In this document: positions 14,491 through 26,206 of the stretch, piece after piece | Layout: every line of letters begins with the position of its first letter | How positions within the stretch are numbered: the stretch's first letter is position 1 | Assembly (NCBI GenBank): GCA_950097015.1 | Contig: CATNEN010000039.1 | Location: forward strand, 3,534,001-3,598,000 | Direction of reading: 5' to 3' | DNA from: Macrostomum hystrix | Taxonomy: Eukaryota; Animalia; Platyhelminthes | Length of the DNA: 64,000 nt | The notes under the pieces: model-generated | Told to the model about the DNA's origin: nothing | The model's input: only the letters and a program-made list of their open reading frames with translations | Database searches by the model: none | Program-made: the position numbers and the translations under genes

Positions 14491-14803
14491 CTTCGATACT
14501 TCAGTGTAGCATCTGTTTCCTTCAGATACTTCAGTGTAGCATCTGTTTCCTTCAGATACTTCAGTGTAGCATCTGTTTCCTTCAGATACTTCAGTGTAGC
14601 ATCTGTTTCCTTCAGATACTTCAGTGTAGCATCTGTTTCCTTCAGATACTTCAGTGTAGCATCTGTTTCCTTCAGATACTTCAGTGTAGCATCTGTTTCC
14701 TTCAGATACTTCAGTGTAGCATCTGTTTCCTTCAGATACTTCAGTGTAGCATCTGTTTCCTTCAGATACTTCAGTGTAGCATCTGTTTCCTTCAGATACT
14801 TCA
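14491..14803. repeat. 30-bp tandem minisatellite (CTTCAGATACTTCAGTGTAGCATCTGTTTC, ~10 copies)
   Basis: Directly visible; explains four spurious periodic ORFs. Confidence 0.95.
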
Positions 14804-15556
14804 ATCAGTGATTTTCCGGTGTCCCGGTGTTTCCTTTGTCGAGACATTTCACCCCTACTTCACGATACTTCAGTGTCTCATTCTGAATTATCCACCCGAG
14901 GAAGGGTATAAAATTTTTTTAGATATTCGTTTGAAAACCAACTGTTAAAAGCCTGTACCTACCTGAGCTAAAACTTTGCAATGAATTGTTCCGCCTATTG
15001 CGCTAAACAACCAATCTGTTTAGGCTAGCCGTAGCTTAACCGCCGCCACCGCCGCTTCTGCCGTCGGCCTCTGCCGGCTTCAGTCTGTCGCCGCAATCAC
15101 GGGTCGTGGCCTCGCGTCCCTGACTGCTTCGCGTCTTGCTAAGCCTTGTAAGCAATAAAAGAACTCATCTTTTTTGCAATCAACTCGCCCATCTGCAATT
15201 CCACTTCGAAGTGCCATCTCATGATCTCACTGTCACTGGTCTGACTGGCTCTCAGAAAAGTTATCATCAAAATACTTCATTCCCTGTTACTGTTGTCTTG
15301 GGTCGTCGGATTTGATAAGATTTTATCGACATGGTTGAGGCAAGCAGACAATAGATGTTGCAGATATATTTGGAGATTGTCTTGTTTCCATGCAAGCTCG
15401 ATTTAAATCAACTCAAATTTTCGAAGCTTGATAGGTTCAAATAAATTCTGGACATCTATTGTCTGTCTTGTTGCAGTACATTTAGTATCGACCTGGATTT
15501 AATTTACGAACCTGACTTTGAACATTCGAGTACACATGCACAGTACATTGTATTCC

Positions 15557-15565
15557 CAGGTAAGT
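15557..15565 (+). other. Consensus 5' splice donor (CAG|GTAAGT) upstream of the microprotein array
   Basis: Perfect 9-nt donor consensus; use not demonstrated. Confidence 0.4.
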
Positions 15566-15981
15566 AAATTTTAAGTTTGCCAACAATTAGACAATCAAAA
15601 CACTTATATTTGCAACTAGTATTTAGTGAAACAAATTAACGCTTGCGACCTGCGAATTTGAGCAAATCATTAAGGTTAGGTGTTGGGTAAGACCTGAGTG
15701 ATGCGTATTTTGGTTACTGCACTTTGCTGATTTACTCAGGTGGTTCGGAAAACAGGTTAGAAGAATAATAATGAGTAATTGTGAAAGGCTAGTTAAAAGT
15801 GGGAGCTGGAGAGTGTGCTGTAACGGCAGGTTAGAGTGGGAGCTGTTCTGTAAATGTAGGGAGACTAATAACTATGCAGTAATGTCAGTGAGAAATTAGA
15901 GGCTTTGCTGTAATGGCAGGGAGGGATTGGATTGCTGTTATGGTTACGGAGAGAGTGGAATAGCTGGGGCGCTCACCCGAT

Positions 15982-16043
15982 CCAGCCGATGCCGGCAATG
16001 ACGCCAAGCAGCAGGTGGCGATACCAAGGACGGCCAGAATGAA
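15982..16043 (+). pseudogene. Decayed fragment of the 37-aa microprotein ORF
   Basis: CCAGCCGATGCCGGCAATGACGCCAAGCAGCAG..GTGGCGATACCAAGG aligns to array ORFs with an internal deletion; no start codon. Confidence 0.75.
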
Positions 16044-16267
16044 TGCGCTGTAATGTGCGGGGTGGTTGGAAGCTGTGCTGTTAAGTTTTGACAGTGAGAG
16101 CTGCTGTTAGTGAAGGGCATAATTAGAAAGAGATAGGTAGGCTTGCTGCTATCAAGTGAAGGCTCGGATTATATTGCAAGTCAGGAACACAATAAAAATA
16201 TTTGTTTTTAAAATTCAGTATGGGCCTATCCAACGAAACCAATAGCAACAAACTTGTCTCACCCGCA

Positions 16268-16439
16268 ATGAAACTCGAAACCAGCAAAGGACGCCAAGAA
16301 GAAAGCGCCCGCTTCGCCAGCGGCTCCCGGCCAGCCGCAGCAGAAGCAGCCCGCTGGTGGCGGAGCCGCCAAGTCGCCGGCCGCACCATCGTCATCTCCA
16401 GGCACCGGCAAGGCGGCCGACAAGCCCGTCAAAAAGTAG
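16268..16439 (+). CDS. Divergent K/A/P-rich paralog of the microprotein (~56 aa), needs a 1-nt correction after the ATG
   Basis: Removing one A from ATGAAAC gives MNSKPAKDAKKKAPASPAAPGQPQQKQPAGGGAAKSPAAPSSSPGTGKAADKPVKK*; start context CGCAATG and acceptor TTCAG at 16218; sequencing indel or pseudogene. Confidence 0.5.
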
Positions 16440-17409
16440 ATCTCACTGTCCGACCGTCGGGTACAATTTAGTTCAGTTGCACACCTGATGCGCAATTCGT
16501 TATTATCGTAGTACCTGCCCAGTAAGGGTCACTCTTGTGTCATAGAAAACAATTGGCCTTCTTAATGCAGTGGCGACTGCGTAGTAGTAACTCAACGACT
16601 TGAACTCACTGACTCGGCATAAGCAAGTTAAAAGACCCAGCGAGTGTTTTTCACCCGCTATCCGAGCTTAGAAGCAAATAATTAATATAATGTTTGACCC
16701 TAAATCGTCTACTATTAGTACCAATGCATGTTCAAATGCTTAAATATTTCCCCACTGCACAAACAGTTAGTAGATCTAATAATATACTTTTATGTGATTT
16801 AATTTTGAGTTGCATCTTTTGCAATGCGCTGAGCTGAAATCTAAATTGTTATGTCCAAAATGCTAATATTTTAACTCTATATCTAAGCGAAGCAGCATCA
16901 AACTTCAAACTCATCTAACAGTACAACTCAATTAAGCCATGTAGACAAAACAGTTATTAGCTGTATCATATTTTGCATATTAAAAACTTCATTAAACACT
17001 AACATCTATTAGATAAAAAGATACATATTTAATCTAATTTTCGACCGCGGAATGTTTTTAGGTCCATTTTTACTGTGTAAACACGCCTAATAAAGAAATA
17101 TTCTTTGACTTCGACACCACGTATTTATATAGAATATACTATTTCTAGTACAGCTTTACGATATTATTTATTTCATAAGAGGCCAGGACGTTTCTGGCAA
17201 CAAGTTTTTTTGTTTCTCAGCCTTGCATAATAAGAGACCCAGGGACTAGAACACTTCTGTGCTTTTCTATCTAGTTAGGTCTGCACTATGTTGGTACTTT
17301 CAATGCTTTCATCTTGCCTCTGTTCAAGCAGTAACAGCCTAGCCAGACATTCTTATTCATAAAATTGCAATACCGCTTTCAGCTTTAAGCATTCCGCTAC
17401 AAATCCACA

Positions 17410-17523
17410 ATGCCCGCCAAGAAAGCCGACGCCAAGAAGCCAGCCGATGTCGGCAAGGACGCCAAGCAGCAGCCGGCGAAGACCGAAGGTGGCGATGCCA
17501 AGGCCGGTCAGAAGAAGAAGTGA
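17410..17523 (+). CDS. 37-aa K/A/D-rich microprotein, copy 1
   Basis: MPAKKADAKKPADVGKDAKQQPAKTEGGDAKAGQKKK*; acceptor AG at 17382; AATAAA at 17745. Confidence 0.8.
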   Translation: MPAKKADAKKPADVGKDAKQQPAKTEGGDAKAGQKKK

Positions 17524-18187
17524 TCGGCTCTGACTGATTTGCCACCTGCCTGGTTGATGAGTTCGATCAGTAGACCCAGCTGATAGTGTATCCGTATTCA
17601 TATTTGCTGTCTCGTATCATACTGTACACTAATGTAGTCATGCCGTAATTACACTGTAACAGGTGTGTGAGTTGCCAGGTGCAGACGCATTTGTGTCGCA
17701 GGTGGTGCCCATCAAATCGTCCTGAAATATTTGTACTTGTAATTAATAAAGCATCGCTGAGCAGCCTCCATTGGTTCTGACTCGCTTGTTCGTATTTAAA
17801 CCGCAACTGTAATTTTTTGTTTCGATTATTTGTTAGTGCTACTACTGGTAGAGTAGTTTGTGAGGCATTTGTGATAAAGACAGCGTCTTTTAACTTCTCG
17901 CCTCCAGCTTGTGGGAATTAGAACAGAGTGACCATTGACACCACGCGGAGAGTGGCAATGGTACCAGCGGAGAGCTCATTGGTACCAGGGGAGTTGGTCA
18001 TTGGTACCAGGGGAGTTCTCTTAACAAAATATGTAATGTTAACCGGATATTATCTATAGCTTACTTGCATCTTTTAAAGAGCTAACTTGTTTTGTTTAAC
18101 ATAGCTTACAGCTATAATTTCCTACAGTTATTTACAGTAAACCGTTCTCTGATTTGCAGCTCTAGCATTAACTCCCAGCCAGCCACA

Positions 18188-18301
18188 ATGCCCGCCAAGA
18201 AAGCTGACGCCAAGAAGCCAGCCGATGCCGTCAAGGACGCCAAGCAGCAGCCGGCGAAGGCTGAAGGTGGCGACGCCAAGGCCGGTCAGAAGAAGAAGTG
18301 A
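18188..18301 (+). CDS. 37-aa microprotein, copy 2
   Basis: Intact 114-nt ORF; acceptor TTGCAG ends at 18159. Confidence 0.8.
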   Translation: MPAKKADAKKPADAVKDAKQQPAKAEGGDAKAGQKKK

Positions 18302-18812
18302 TCGGCTCTGACTGATCGATGAGTTCGATCAGTAGACTCAGCTGATAGTGTAACCGTATTCATATTTGCTGTCTCGTATCATACCTTATGATACTGTATA
18401 CTGTACTCATATGCAGTAATTACTTTGTCCTATCTGTATCAGGTGTGTGAGTTGCCAGATGCGGACGCATTTGTGTAGCAGGTGGCGCCCATTAAATCGT
18501 TCTGAAATATTTGTACTCGTAACTAATAAATTATCGCTGAGCAGCCTCCATCGGTTCTGACTCGCTTGTTCGTATTTTTTACTCAACTTGTTGGTGCTTC
18601 AATTCTTTCTATTATTTTTGGTCTTTTGTGCTGCTGTTGAAAGAAAGAATGTTTATTACTAACGCAGATTATTTAATTTTCTTATATCTTTAGAAGGCCT
18701 AAAATAATTCCTTATGTCCAGCAGTAAGAATATTGTGACCGCAATTTATATCACTTTTTCATAAACCTTTTCGTCGTTTGCAGCTCTAGCATCAGCTTCC
18801 AAGCCAGCCTCA

Positions 18813-18926
18813 ATGCCCGCCAAGAAAGCCGATGCTAAGAAGCCAGCCGATGCCGGCAAGGACGCCAAGCAGCAGCCGGCGAAGGCCGAAGGTGGCGACG
18901 CCAAGGCCGGTCAGAAGAAGAAGTGA
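18813..18926 (+). CDS. 37-aa microprotein, copy 3
   Basis: Intact 114-nt ORF with upstream TTTGCAG acceptor. Confidence 0.8.
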   Translation: MPAKKADAKKPADAGKDAKQQPAKAEGGDAKAGQKKK

Positions 18927-19453
18927 TCGGCTCTGACTGATTTGCCAGCTGCCTGGTCGATGGGTTTAATCAGCAGACCCAGCTGAGCACTGTAGTGTAC
19001 TCCCGAATTCGTATTTGCTTTTCCACGTACTATACCATACGCTACTGTAGTATACATAGATAAGTCATGTATTGTCTTACACTGGCTTACCTGTAACAGG
19101 TTTTTTAGTTGCCAGGTTCGTAACCGGTGGAAGCTCTTAATAAAGTCCTGAAATATTTTTACTCGTTATTAATAAAACATCGCTGAGCAGCCTCCGTCAG
19201 TTCTGAGTCGCTTGTTCGTATTCTTTTACCCAACTTGTTGGTGCTTCCATTCTTTGTCAAATTTATGTGTTAAGGACTGCTGTTAAAAGGGAGAATAATA
19301 AACTTTAAAACTTATTTTATCTAGTAAGTTTTTACCTTTAGAAGAGCTAATAATTTCTCATGTCGAGCGGTGTGAAAACCTTCCTTTCTCACCGCCTTTG
19401 TTGTAATCTGTTTCCTCAATTGCAGCTCTAGCATCAACTCCCAGCCAGCCACA

Positions 19454-19567
19454 ATGCCCGCCAAGAAAGCCGACGCCAAGAAGCCAGCCGATGCCGGCAA
19501 GGACGCCAAGCAGCAGCCGGCGAAGGCCGAGGGCGCCGACGCCAAGGCCGGTCAGAAGAAGAAGTGA
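19454..19567 (+). CDS. 37-aa microprotein, copy 4
   Basis: Intact ORF; unique 3' flank. Confidence 0.8.
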   Translation: MPAKKADAKKPADAGKDAKQQPAKAEGADAKAGQKKK

Positions 19568-20160
19568 TAGGCTCCGATATCGTCAATATGTTGAATCTAT
19601 TGAGCATGAGTAGGCGAAGCGGTTTTTCAGTACATTCTTTGAAATTTTACTCTATCTTATTGTACTTATTGTAGTCACACCGTTGTACTTGTACTTGTCT
19701 TGTTATAATAATTAGTATAGTGTAATCGTATATCTATACTCGCATTTGCTCGCAAATCTATTACTCTAACGAATCCAGAAGGCGCGTACATAACTACCAC
19801 ATTCTGCTGTTTTACCTGTATGTTGAGTTACTGATTCTTACTCGTAGAATTTGAAAGTAAATTTATATTTCGCAGCTTCCCTTCGTTATTTTAGTCCGCG
19901 TTTTGTTTTGCCTTGTTTTATTGTTAACCTCACTTGTGCTGTTCGTCTCGTGTATGCAGGCCCAGTGTTCTCCTGAATGTTAAGCAGCACACGCATGGAA
20001 ACAAGCCGAAAATGGTTTTTGTAGTTGGTAGGAGTTGACCTTTAGAATTTTAGCAGACTAGAATATACTAAATTCTAATTTTGCAGAAATTTTGTTGATA
20101 ACATACTATGTCTAAATCAACTCAAATTTCAGCTCTAGCAGCTCCAAGACCAAGTCCAAA

Positions 20161-20274
20161 ATGCCCGCCAAGAAAGCCGACGCCAAGAAGCCAGCCGATG
20201 CCGGCAAGGACGCCAAGCAGCAGCCGGCGAAGACCGAAGGTGGCGACGCCAAGGCCGGTCAGAAGAAGAAGTGA
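20161..20274 (+). CDS. 37-aa microprotein, copy 5
   Basis: Intact ORF; upstream TTTCAG acceptor. Confidence 0.8.
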   Translation: MPAKKADAKKPADAGKDAKQQPAKTEGGDAKAGQKKK

Positions 20275-20978
20275 TCGGCTCTGACTGATTTGCCACCTGC
20301 CTGATTGATTAGTTCGATCAGTAGACTCAGCTGAGCACAGCAGTGTATCCGTATTCCTATTTGCTCTGTCTCATATCATACTGTACGCTACTGTATTCTG
20401 CATATAGTAAACCATGTACTGTATTTACACTGGCCAATCGGTAACAGGTGTGTGAATTACCAGGTACGGACTCATTTGTGTAGCAGGTGGCGCCCATCAA
20501 ATTGTCCTGAAATATTTGTACTTGTAATTAATAAAGCATCGCTGAGCAGCCTCCATCGGTTCTGACTTGTTTATTCGTAGTTAAAGCCAGACTGTTTTTG
20601 TTTATTTCTTTAGCGAACCTTGATTTCCATGCTATTTGGTAGCTTTGGACTCCCAGCTTTTCTAGCATGTCCTTCAATGCCTTTTCACTTAGACTTAGTA
20701 AGCGTTTGAATGTGAGTGTCTGATATATTAGGATTTAATTTCCTAATGGTATTGTTGTCTAACAAAAGAGCCCTACATGTGAACTTTAAGTTAGATCATG
20801 CAGAGCATTTTAGATTTAGGTATAAAACATCAAGCATTATATTTTGTACTACTCTTGGCCATCACAGAATCATCGGTGTCAAATCTAATAGTAATTTTTG
20901 CCAATTTTTACGGACTCGCGGATTATTCCACACAAATCATGCTCTTTTTCAGCTCTAGCAGCTCCCTTATCAATCACA

Positions 20979-21092
20979 ATGCCTGCCAAGAAAGCCGACG
21001 CCAAGAAGCCAGCCGATGCCAGCAAGGACGCCAAGCAGCAGCCGGCGAAGGCTGATGGCGGCGACGCCAAGGCCGGTCAGAAGAAGAAGTGA
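20979..21092 (+). CDS. 37-aa microprotein, copy 6
   Basis: Intact ORF; upstream TTTTTCAG acceptor. Confidence 0.8.
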   Translation: MPAKKADAKKPADASKDAKQQPAKADGGDAKAGQKKK

Positions 21093-21708
21093 TCGGCTCT
21101 GACTGATTTGCCTACCAGGTCGATGAGATCAGTAGACTCATCCGATAGTGTAACCTTATTCATATTTGCTGTCTCGTATCATACAGTACGCTAATGTAGT
21201 CATGTAATGTAATTACATTGTCCTATCTGTAACAGGTGTGTGAGTTGCCAGGTGCAGACGCATTTGTGTCGCAGGTGGTGCCCATCAAATCGTCCTGAAA
21301 TATTTGTACTTGTAATTAATAAAGCATCGCTGAGCAGCCTCCATTGGTTCTGACTCGCTTGTTCGTATTTAAACCGCAACTGTAATTTTTTGTTTCGATT
21401 ATTTGTTAGTGCTACTACTGGTAGACTAGTTTGTGAGGCATTTGTGATAAAGACAGCGTCTTTTAACTACTCCGCTTCCAGCTTGTGGGAATTAGAACAG
21501 AGAGCTCATTGTTACCAGTGTAGTGCTCTTAACAAAATATGTAATGTTAAACTCATATTATCTATAGCTTGTTTTTTTCTTTTGAAGAGCTAACTAGTTT
21601 TGTTAAGTAATGAAAATATTACGACCATAATTTCCTACAGTTGTTTACAGTAAACTGCTCTCTGATTTGCAGCTCTAGCATCAACTTCCAGCCAGCCAGC
21701 CAGCCACA

Positions 21709-21822
21709 ATGCCCGCCAAGAAAGCCGACGCCAAGAAGCCAGCCGATGCCGGCAAGGACGCCAAGCAGCAGCCGGCGAAGACCGATGGCGGGGACGCCAA
21801 GGCCGGTCAGAAGAAGAAGTGA
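21709..21822 (+). CDS. 37-aa microprotein, copy 7
   Basis: Intact ORF with upstream TTTGCAG acceptor. Confidence 0.8.
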   Translation: MPAKKADAKKPADAGKDAKQQPAKTDGGDAKAGQKKK

Positions 21823-22450
21823 TCGGCTCTGACTGATTTGCCACCTGCCTGATTGATGAGGTTGATCGGTAGACTCGGCTGAGCACAGCAGTGTATCCGT
21901 ATTCATATTTGCTGTCTCGTATCATACCGTATGATACTGTATACTGTACTCATATGCAGTAATTACATTGTCCTATCTGTATCAGGTGTGTGAGTTGCCA
22001 GATGCGGACTCATTTGTGTAGCAGCTGGAGCCTATTAAATCGTTATGAAATATTTGTACTCGTATCTAATAAATCATCGCTGAGCAGCCTCCATCGGTTC
22101 TGACTCGCTTGTTCGTATTTATGCAGCAAGTGTTACTTTTCGTTTCGATTATTTGTTAGTGCTACTACTGGTAGAGTAGTTTGTGAGGTGTATTTGATAA
22201 AACAGCCTCATTTTAACTTCTCCGGTACTCGTTGCTCATGATCAAGCCCGACTTAGGAATTAGCCTCTTGAAAAAAATGTAATGTTAAACGCTATTATCT
22301 ATTGTTTACTTTTATCTTTTATAGAGCTTACTTCAGTGCTATCTGATTGTTGAGCAGTAAACGCTTGCGATCATAATTTCTTAAAGTTGTTTACAGTAAA
22401 CTTTTCCATCATTTGCAGCTCTAGCATCAACTCCCAGACAGCCTGCCACA

Positions 22451-22564
22451 ATGCCCGCCAAGAAAGCCGATGCCAAGAAGCCAGCCGATGTCGGCAAGGA
22501 CGCCAAGCAGCAGCCGGCGAAGGCCGAAGGTGGCGACGCCAAGGCCGGTCAGAAGAAGAAGTGA
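22451..22564 (+). CDS. 37-aa microprotein, copy 8
   Basis: Intact ORF with upstream TTTGCAG acceptor. Confidence 0.8.
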   Translation: MPAKKADAKKPADVGKDAKQQPAKAEGGDAKAGQKKK

Positions 22565-23117
22565 TCGGCTCTGACTGATTTGCCACCTGCCTGATTGATG
22601 AGGTTGATCGGTAGACTCAGCTGAGCACAGCAGTGTATCCGTATTCATATTTGCTCCGCATCGTATCATGCAGCATGCTACTACTGTAGTCTACACGACT
22701 CTACATATACTAAACTATGTACTGTAATTACACTGGCCTATCTGTAACAGGTGTGTGAGTTGCCAAGTGCAGAAGCATTTTTAACCGTTGGCGCCCTTCA
22801 ATTTGGCCTGAAATATTTGTACTCGTAACTAATAAAGCATCGCTGAGCAGCCTCCATCGGTTCTGACTCGCTTGTTCGTATTCTTTTACTTAATTTGTTA
22901 AGTGCTTCAATTCTTTCTATTTTTTTGTATTTTTAGGGCTGTAAAAAGTAACAAAGCTGAATATTAAACGCAGATAATTTAATTTACTTTTTTCATTACC
23001 AGAGCTTAATTTTTATGTCCAGCAGTTAGGAGATTGTGACCGTAATTTGTCACGTTTTTTCAATAAGCTGTTTCCTCATTTGCAGCTCTAGCATCAGTTC
23101 CTAACCAGCCAGCCACA

Positions 23118-23231
23118 ATGCCCGCCAAGAAAGCCGACGCCAAGAAGCCAGCCGATGCCGGCAAGGACGCCAAGCAGCAGCCGGCGAAGACCGAAGGTGG
23201 CGACGCCAAGGCCGGTCAGAAGAAGAAGTGA
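23118..23231 (+). CDS. 37-aa microprotein, copy 9
   Basis: Intact ORF; unique 3' flank. Confidence 0.8.
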   Translation: MPAKKADAKKPADAGKDAKQQPAKTEGGDAKAGQKKK

Positions 23232-24071
23232 TCGGCTCTGACCGAATTCCGGTCTCAGAGTTTGATCAGCATATACTTTTTTATCACAGGTGATGCATTG
23301 TTTATGTGTATGATGTGCTTGTGGCTTCCTGATCTAATAGCGGTTATTGTAATTTGACCTCGACTGTATTTGTATCACTGCTGAGGCAGGCGGGCAGTTA
23401 TTTATCACAGAAGCATTTTACTGTGAGTTAGCCGGTTCTTGGCGTGCATTGAGGGTCATTGTTTAAGTTAAACAAATAAGTCTCATTGCTGTATTTTCTC
23501 GAGATTTGCTTGTCCAAATGTAATTCGTTCTGGTCGAGACTTTCTGCACAAAACCCTGACTGGGCTCCTTGCTGTATGGAGTACAGTGTCAGTTTGTTCT
23601 CCATAGTTACAACTCTGCACCAAAACTTTCATGGTTTAGTTTCTTCTGTGCCTGGCCCCAGTTCGTAGTTTGACTGAATATCAAGGTATTTGCTGCGGGC
23701 ATTGCAAGTAGCAGTATTCAACAATTTCATAAGCAATTATATTAAGTCAAATATAAAGCAATTTAATTCGCCTTGGTTGTGAGATTATTGCCAACTTATA
23801 TTAAAATTACGCTTCTTGTCGCTGTGTTAAACTTAAATTTCGCACTTCATAGATCAGTGAGGCTAATAACTTTTAAACTTACTTTCAATTTCAGCTGTTA
23901 CCTCGTCGTATTAAGCATAACATCGAACTAAGTGAAAAATGCCAACAACTAGCATTGTAGAGACACTATATTGACGAATTCTTGAGAAGAATAAAGAAGA
24001 AAATGTTGCAATTTTTATCAATAATATTTACACCCCGATTCCAGCTTTAAGCATCCAGTTACAAATCCACA

Positions 24072-24185
24072 ATGCCCGCCAAGAAAGCCGACGCCAAGAA
24101 GCCAGCCGATGCCGGCAAGGACGCCAAGCAGCAGCCGGCGAAGGCTGAAGGTGGCGATGCCAAGGCCGGTCAGAAGAAGAAGTGA
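24072..24185 (+). CDS. 37-aa microprotein, copy 10
   Basis: Intact ORF; 5' leader resembles copy 1. Confidence 0.8.
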   Translation: MPAKKADAKKPADAGKDAKQQPAKAEGGDAKAGQKKK

Positions 24186-24846
24186 TCGGCTCTGACTGAT
24201 TTGCCACCTGCCTGGTCGATGAGTTCGATCAGTAGACTCAGCTGATAGTGTATTGTTACTTGCTGTCTCGTATCATACAGTACGCTAATGTAGTCATGCC
24301 GTAATTAAACTGTAACAGGTGTGTGAGTTGCCAGGTGCAGAAGCATTTGTGTAGCAGGTGGCGCCGTTAAATCGTCCTAGAATATTTGTACTCGTAACTA
24401 ATAAAACGTCGCTGAGCAGCCTCCATCGATTCTGACTCGCTTGTTCGTATTTAAACCGCAACTGTTGGGGTTTTTTACTCTTTCGTGTTAACCAAACACT
24501 GGTACAGTAGTTTGTGAGGCTTTTGTTATCAGGACAGCCACTTATAAGCTACTCTGGTACCTGTGCTCATATTCAAGCCCGACTTTAGAAATTAGCTATC
24601 TGTGGAAATCAGAGCAGTCAACTAATTGACACCTCGTGAGCGCTCATTGATACCAGTGGAGTGCTCTTAACAAAAACGTAATGTTGAACGCTCTTTTCTA
24701 TAGTTTATTTTTTATTTTAAAGAGCTCACTTCTGAGCTATCAGATTTTTAAGTAAAAAGCTTACGACCATGATTTCTTAAAGTTTTTTGCAGTAAACTGT
24801 TTCCTCATTTGCAGCTCTAGCATCAACTCCCAGCCAGCCAGCCACA

Positions 24847-24960
24847 ATGCCCGCCAAGAAAGCCGACGCCAAGAAGCCAGCCGATGCCGGCAAGGACGCC
24901 AAGCAGCAGCCGGCGAAGACCGAAGGTGGCGACGCCAAGGCCGGTCAGAAGAAGAAGTGA
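24847..24960 (+). CDS. 37-aa microprotein, copy 11
   Basis: Intact ORF with upstream TTTGCAG acceptor. Confidence 0.8.
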   Translation: MPAKKADAKKPADAGKDAKQQPAKTEGGDAKAGQKKK

Positions 24961-25490
24961 TCGGCTCTGACTGATTTGCCACCTGCCTGATCGATGAGGT
25001 TGATCGGTAGACTCGGCTGAGCACAGCAGTGTATCCGTATTCATATTTGCTGTCTCGTATCATACCGTATGATACTGTATACTGTACTCATATGCAGTAA
25101 TTACATTGTCCTATCTGTATCAGGTGTGTGAGTTGCCAAGTGCAGAAGCATTTTTAACCGTTGGCGCCCTTCAATTTGGCCTGAAATTATTGTACTCGTA
25201 ACTAATAAAGCATCGCTGAGCAGCCTCTATCGGTTCTGACTCGCTTGTTCGTATTCTTTTACTTAATTTGTTAAGTGCTTCAATTCTTTCTATTATTTTT
25301 GGTATTTACGGCTGTAAAAAGTAACAAAGCTGAATATTAAACGCAGATAATTTAATTTACTTTTTTCATTACCAGAGCTTACTTTTTATGTCCAGCAGTT
25401 AGGAGATTGTGACCGTAATTTGTCACGTTTTTTCAATAAGCTGTTTCCTCATTTGCAGCTCTAGCATCAGTTCCTAACCAGCCAGCCACA

Positions 25491-25604
25491 ATGCCCGCCA
25501 AGAAAGCCGACGCCAAGAAGCCAGCCGATGCCGGCAAGGACGCCAAGCAGCAGCCGGCGAAGACCGATGGCGGGGAGGCCAAGGCCGGTCAGAAGAAGAA
25601 GTGA
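25491..25604 (+). CDS. 37-aa microprotein, copy 12
   Basis: Intact ORF with upstream TTTGCAG acceptor. Confidence 0.8.
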   Translation: MPAKKADAKKPADAGKDAKQQPAKTDGGEAKAGQKKK

Positions 25605-26206
25605 TCGGCTCTGACTGATTTGCCACCTGCCTGATCGATGAGTTCGATCAGTAGACCCAGCTGATAGTGTATCCATATTCATATTTGCTGTCTCGTATCA
25701 AACTGTACGCTACTGAAGTCATGTACTGTAATTACACTGTAACAGGTGTGTGAGTTGCCAGGTGCGGACGCATTTGTGTGGCAGGTGGCGCCCATTAAAT
25801 CGTTATGAAATATTTGTACTCGTATCTAATAAATCATCGCTGAGCAGCCTCCATCGGTTCTGACTCGCTTGTTCGTATTTATGCAGCAAGTGTTACTTTT
25901 CGTTTCGATTATTTGTTAGTGCTACTACTGGTAGAGTAGTTTGTGAGATGTATTTGATAAAACAGCCTCATTTTAACTTCTCCGGTACTCGTTGCTCATG
26001 ATCAAGCCCGACTTAGGAATTAGCCTCTTGAAAAAAATGTAATGTTAAACGCTATTATCTATTGTTTACTTTTATCTTTTATAGAGCCTACTTCAGTGCT
26101 ATCTGATTGTTAAGCAGTAAACGCTTGCGATCATGATTTCTTAAAGTTGTTTACAGTAAACTTTTCCATCATTTGCAGCTCTAGCATCAACTCCCAGCCA
26201 GCCACA

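Noticed and set aside
15020-15225. GC-rich stretch as a minus-strand exon
   Set aside because: Only short frames without recognisable motifs or clear splice sites; may be promoter or 5'UTR sequence.
17410-17523. Calling the microprotein HMGN or histone H1
   Set aside because: Resembles HMGN C-terminal KADAGK/AEGAGDAK stretches only compositionally; lacks the RRSARLSA core and any globular domain.
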